Assembly: GCA_039809905.1 (NCBI GenBank)
Contig: JBDHVY010000001.1
Span: 30,001-62,000 of the forward strand
From: Candidatus Babelota bacterium
GTDB taxonomy: Bacteria; Babelota; Babeliae; Babelales; Vermiphilaceae
Direction of reading: 5' to 3'
DNA: 32,000 bases
Below the pieces are notes generated by a model. That model was not told the origin of the DNA and made no database searches. It saw only the letters and a list, made by a program, of their open reading frames with translations. This document shows positions 28,408-32,000 of this stretch, piece by piece. How positions within the stretch are numbered: the stretch's first letter is position 1; the number at the start of each line of letters is the position of its first letter. A program made the position numbers and the translations under genes.

Positions 28408-28719
28408 ATGAAACTGATTATGAAGAAATCTTGTATATTATTGTCTCTATGTCTCAACCTTTATTGCGCAGAAAAAAAACAACCTACAGACAAAATTACG
28501 ATAAAATCATTCTCAACAGGAACACCTGTAAAACAATCAACTATACATCAATTACTAGACCAAAAACGAATGCTGCATCTTGGCACATTACATAACTGTA
28601 TTAATACAAAACAACCTGTTCCTGCAAAAATAATTTTCGATGCTGATCATGATATTACTGAAAAAGCTCTGTACCATAATCAAGGAATCTTTGATCAAGC
28701 TCTACGAACAAGTAAATAA
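28408..28719 (+). CDS. Small hypothetical secreted protein
   Basis: Signal-like MKLIMKKSCILLSLCLNLYCAEKK; complete 103-aa ORF. Confidence 0.45.
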   Translation: MKLIMKKSCILLSLCLNLYCAEKKQPTDKITIKSFSTGTPVKQSTIHQLLDQKRMLHLGTLHNCINTKQPVPAKIIFDADHDITEKALYHNQGIFDQALRTSK

Positions 28720-28755
28720 CTTCCATTATTTACTAAATACGGAAATATTAAGACC

Positions 28756-29103
28756 TTATTTTCTTTCATCAACAAGCGCAATAAGCTCTTCTATAATATC
28801 CATCATTTCTTTGTCGCCTTTTTGTTCTGCCTGAGTATGCGAATAAACCAATGCACAGCGCTGAACTTCTCTCAAATCTCCATAAGGATATTCATAATGC
28901 TCTTTGACTTCAGGATCAAATTGATCATTTTTACCTAAGAACCATTCACCATATTCTTCTATATCATGTGCTTCCAGGTATTCTTCTACCTCGGTTGGCG
29001 TTGGTTTTTCTTCGTTCCAATCTGAATCAAATGAAGTAACTTCGCCTGCTTTAATTAAATATTTTACGCGATCGAGTGCCGCTTTATTGAGGACAATAGT
29101 CAT
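28756..29103 (-). CDS. Hypothetical acidic cytosolic protein; likely start 29103 (MTIVLNKAALDRVKYL), ORF open to 29139
   Basis: Complete ORF with soluble, acidic composition; no signal peptide; gggaaat upstream. Confidence 0.55.
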   Translation of the reverse strand: MTIVLNKAALDRVKYLIKAGEVTSFDSDWNEEKPTPTEVEEYLEAHDIEEYGEWFLGKNDQFDPEVKEHYEYPYGDLREVQRCALVYSHTQAEQKGDKEMMDIIEELIALVDERK

Positions 29104-29202
29104 GATATTTCCCTTGGTTATGAATACTGTTTTTACCATGATTTAACAATAAGCAATACAAAATCAATAGTTGCAATAGTTATTCATTATCTTTACTTGA
29201 CA

Positions 29203-29266
29203 CATTCAGTAATCATGAAATAGAGTTTACCGTTAGTTTATATAACATACAAAAGCTTTTTCATCA
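29203..29266. repeat. Copy A of a ~65-bp imperfect dispersed repeat, immediately 3' of the serine hydrolase gene
   Basis: cattcagtaatcatgaaatagagtttaccgttagtttatataacatacaaaagctttttcatca aligns to 30793-30857 with about 86% identity and one 1-nt gap. Confidence 0.8.
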
Positions 29267-29272
29267 GTATAA

Positions 29273-30583
29273 TTAACCTGTTATTTCAAACTTCCTAATA
29301 AGCGCCGCTCCACGCCTCGCAGGATATTTTTGATCTAACTCCGCTGATATTTTACTCATCAGAGCACCGCGTTCTGATTCAGTTGGTATCACGGTTTTTA
29401 AAACATTATCTAATAAATAAGAAGTTTTTTTGATAGTTTCATCAACATTAATATGAAAAAGTGCAATGATTAATAAATCTTCCTTTGGTATGTAAAGCAT
29501 TTTTGAGGAAAAAGAATCTAGTTCACCATTGTGGACTAGAATTCCATTTTTATTTTGAATGCCATAGGCATAATTTTTAAGATTTGGCTTTATGAATAAT
29601 CCATAAAGCTGTTTTGGTAATATGGCATATTGTTTGTGTAAAGCATTATTCCACGTGATGAGATCTTTGACTGTGGAAACAATGCCACCTGCACCCCGTG
29701 CATTGCTCACATCATCCCATATAATCGGTGCCGGTTCTCTGAGAAGAGGCTCTTTATCTATAGGATTATAAACAAGTTCTGGCAAAAGATATGAACATTC
29801 TTGTTGTTCTTTGATCTGCTTCCAATTACCGCGATCAGGATGATAAGTTGATGTCATACCAATTGAATGGCAAAGATTTTCTATGTATTGCGCAAATGTA
29901 ATACCCGAAATACCTGCTATTACCTCTGTTAATAAAAGATATCCCTCATTTGAATAAGCATAACTCGTGCCTGGTTCAAAAAGAAGCGGTTTTTCTATTA
30001 ACAACGATATTATTTCTGCAGGTGTATGGAATGTGCTCAATTGTTTTCTAACGCCATCAAATCCTGTAGTATCGAAAATATCTCTTATTACGTTAGCAAG
30101 CCCTGCCGTATGACTTAATAAGTGATGCAGTGTAATTCTATGAGCCCAATCTGGCATTGTATTATTCCATATTGATGAGTCAGCCGAAAGAAATTGTGAT
30201 AGAGGTTTGTGGAGTTGTTTTTCGACAAAAGAAAATTTTTCTGCTTCAGAATTACCATCGCTTATTGTATGAAGTGCATGCAACAACCCAACTGCTGTAA
30301 ATTGCTTGGATAAAGAACCGATTAAAAATTGTGATTCATGAGGCAAATTTACCATTATACTGCTGCTTTTTGCATGCAGAATCATATTGCCATTTTTAAT
30401 AATACACACTTCTCCATCAAGGACATTTTTTTGTTGTAATCCTTCGACTAATACACAAAAAGAATTTAGATTTTTTTTAGAGTAAAAAGATATGGTGTAA
30501 AGAGTTAACAGAGCGATTGCGCAAAAAATACAAATTTTTGCAAAGCGTACACACTTAGTTGATGACATACAATTCCTTCTCAT
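29273..30583 (-). CDS. Serine hydrolase, beta-lactamase class C / D-Ala-D-Ala carboxypeptidase-like
   Basis: SXXK in IGSLSKQFTAV, YXN in YAYSNEGYLLL, HNG in VLVHNGELDSF; N-terminal TM/signal. Confidence 0.9.
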   Translation of the reverse strand: MRRNCMSSTKCVRFAKICIFCAIALLTLYTISFYSKKNLNSFCVLVEGLQQKNVLDGEVCIIKNGNMILHAKSSSIMVNLPHESQFLIGSLSKQFTAVGLLHALHTISDGNSEAEKFSFVEKQLHKPLSQFLSADSSIWNNTMPDWAHRITLHHLLSHTAGLANVIRDIFDTTGFDGVRKQLSTFHTPAEIISLLIEKPLLFEPGTSYAYSNEGYLLLTEVIAGISGITFAQYIENLCHSIGMTSTYHPDRGNWKQIKEQQECSYLLPELVYNPIDKEPLLREPAPIIWDDVSNARGAGGIVSTVKDLITWNNALHKQYAILPKQLYGLFIKPNLKNYAYGIQNKNGILVHNGELDSFSSKMLYIPKEDLLIIALFHINVDETIKKTSYLLDNVLKTVIPTESERGALMSKISAELDQKYPARRGAALIRKFEITG

Positions 30584-30591
30584 CGTATAAA

Positions 30592-30795
30592 TTAATCTAC
30601 TTTATAATTGTATACTTCTAAAATACTTTCATGAGCATTAGAAGGATTACTACTTAATACCACAAATCTATTATCACCAAGAAATCTGATTTTTAAAAAT
30701 ATAAATCCTGAGCCAGGATTTAAAATATTTTTATGCTTATCATATAATAACTCTATTTTGTTTTCATAAATAAAAAACAACGTTCCGTGATGCAT
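30592..30795 (-). CDS. Short hypothetical ORF; doubtful as a gene
   Basis: 67-aa ORF in the gap between two repeats and the serine hydrolase; no recognised motif. Confidence 0.25.
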   Translation of the reverse strand: MHHGTLFFIYENKIELLYDKHKNILNPGSGFIFLKIRFLGDNRFVVLSSNPSNAHESILEVYNYKVD

Positions 30796-30857
30796 TCAAT
30801 AATCAGAAAATACAGTTTACCGTTAGTTGACATACCATATAAACGCTTTTTTCATCA
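30793..30857. repeat. Copy B of the ~65-bp dispersed repeat, immediately 3' of the TPR-like gene
   Basis: cattcaataatcagaaaatacagtttaccgttagttgacataccatataaacgcttttttcatca; see copy A. Confidence 0.8.
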
Positions 30858-30858
30858 A

Positions 30859-31596
30859 CTAGTCGACTAATCGCAAAATCATCTTTTTAATGAAACAATA
30901 AAAATCAAAGAATGGCGTAATAATTATATAAAATAAGAGACGATATTTTGGAATTAAATCTTCACGTATAAATCTAACATTTGAATTTGTTAGATAAATA
31001 CCCTTAATATGTTCATTAATATATTCATCTATATCAGTCACATCAGGATGAGTAATCCCATCGTATATTTTGGTAATATTGCTTAGCGCTTTATAAATTA
31101 AACTATTAACTTCGAGATAACGTCCCTGTTGTTTGTATAGTTCCATAAGATTTATGTAATTCCAAACATATTTATCACATAATTTGATCGATTGCTTAAG
31201 AAGTTCTTCTTCTACATTACAATCATCTTTTTTGCTTTTTTTATAAGACCAAGAAGCTACATATTTAAGCATTGAATTAATTTCATCGGAACCTGCATCA
31301 AGATTTTTTATCTGGTGTAAGAGCATGTCGTCAATACCTCCCAACTGATATTCATATACATGCGCGAGCACAATAAGTGCTATTGGATTATTGTATTCAA
31401 TAGCAAGTGCTTTTTCTAAACATGCTATACTCTTTTCATAATCCACAATTGGAACAGTTATGATAGCAATAGCAAGCTTTATCCAAATTTCGCTGGTATG
31501 AGTAGCAGTTTGCAATTCTTTTTCAACTACATTATAAAGCTCATCATAATTGTCTTGTATTTCTAATCTATCCAAATATGATAATAAATCTTTCAT
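30859..31596 (-). CDS. TPR-like repeat protein of unknown function
   Basis: Helical repeats such as SEIWIKLAIAIITVPIVDYEKSIACLEKALAIEYNNPIALIVLAHVYEYQ; stop/start overlap with upstream ORF. Confidence 0.55.
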   Translation of the reverse strand: MKDLLSYLDRLEIQDNYDELYNVVEKELQTATHTSEIWIKLAIAIITVPIVDYEKSIACLEKALAIEYNNPIALIVLAHVYEYQLGGIDDMLLHQIKNLDAGSDEINSMLKYVASWSYKKSKKDDCNVEEELLKQSIKLCDKYVWNYINLMELYKQQGRYLEVNSLIYKALSNITKIYDGITHPDVTDIDEYINEHIKGIYLTNSNVRFIREDLIPKYRLLFYIIITPFFDFYCFIKKMILRLVD

Positions 31597-32000
31597 CCCT
31601 GAAGGTTCCTTGCATCAATAAAGTTATTAAATATTCTACCAAATGTACTGAGAAATGCATTGATACCAATAACTTCGCCTTTTTGTATAAAACATCTTAC
31701 TTCTATATTATCAATTCCATTAAGCATGATTCGTAATTGATTATTGCCTTCTCTTAGACATCCTTTTTTATCTAAAAATAAAAGAGTCTCGCATAATGAA
31801 TCCATAATAGCTTCTTGGTTTTCACCTACTGCCATAAGACCTGCCTGCTCATGCTTTTCTGAAAATATATGTCTTCTATATTCCTCTATTTTTGCTCGTA
31901 AATTTCCTTGACGGATGATACCTTGATCCCCAACAGTAACAGTTGGTAAAGTATTTTTCTGGGATATCTTATTTTCAACAGTTTTTTTTAGACCAGAAGC
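31593..32000 (-). CDS. C-terminal part of a larger hypothetical protein running off the right edge
   Basis: Reading frame of the 31593-31835 ORF stays open to base 32000 (…FWSKKTVENKISQKNTLPTVTVGDQGIIRQGNLRAKIEEYRRHIFSEKHEQAGLMAVGENQEAIMD…); overlaps the 30859-31596 gene by 4 nt. Confidence 0.65.
   Translation of the reverse strand, partial: ASGLKKTVENKISQKNTLPTVTVGDQGIIRQGNLRAKIEEYRRHIFSEKHEQAGLMAVGENQEAIMDSLCETLLFLDKKGCLREGNNQLRIMLNGIDNIEVRCFIQKGEVIGINAFLSTFGRIFNNFIDARNLQG

Noticed and set aside
30592-30795. 67-aa ORF between the two repeat copies treated as a confident gene
   Set aside because: No recognisable motif or strong start context; listed only at low confidence.

Overview
AT-rich, gene-dense bacterial window with no transposase, integrase, CRISPR array, rRNA or tRNA that I could recognise. 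Gene content and style (many signal-peptide proteins of unknown function, ThyX, eukaryote-like folds) suggest an intracellular or protist-associated lineage such as Dependentiae/Babeliae; this is inference only. Core genes are ftsW (cut by the left edge), thyX, a Lys/Ala-rich histone-H1-like protein, pepA, rpiB, a LolC/E-type permease, pgk and dnaA. A run of secreted cell-wall or peptidase-type enzymes follows dnaA: an N-acetylmuramoyl-L-alanine amidase, a C39-like protein and an NlpC/P60 protein. The accessory material holds the most interesting observations. These are an FtsH-architecture AAA protein whose HEAGH zinc-protease motif reads HFAGR, a secreted protein with a Josephin/papain-like Cys-His-Asp signature, a secreted kinase-like protein, a thioredoxin-fold protein without CXXC, and tandem secreted F-box-like/propeller-like paralogs with a traceable frameshift at the C-terminus. 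There is also a secreted ATP-grasp-like protein, a collagen-like Gly-X-Thr surface protein, an ATP-cone/PD-(D/E)XK fusion, and a ~65-bp imperfect repeat immediately 3' of two minus-strand genes. All assignments are from motif reading by eye; no searches were run.
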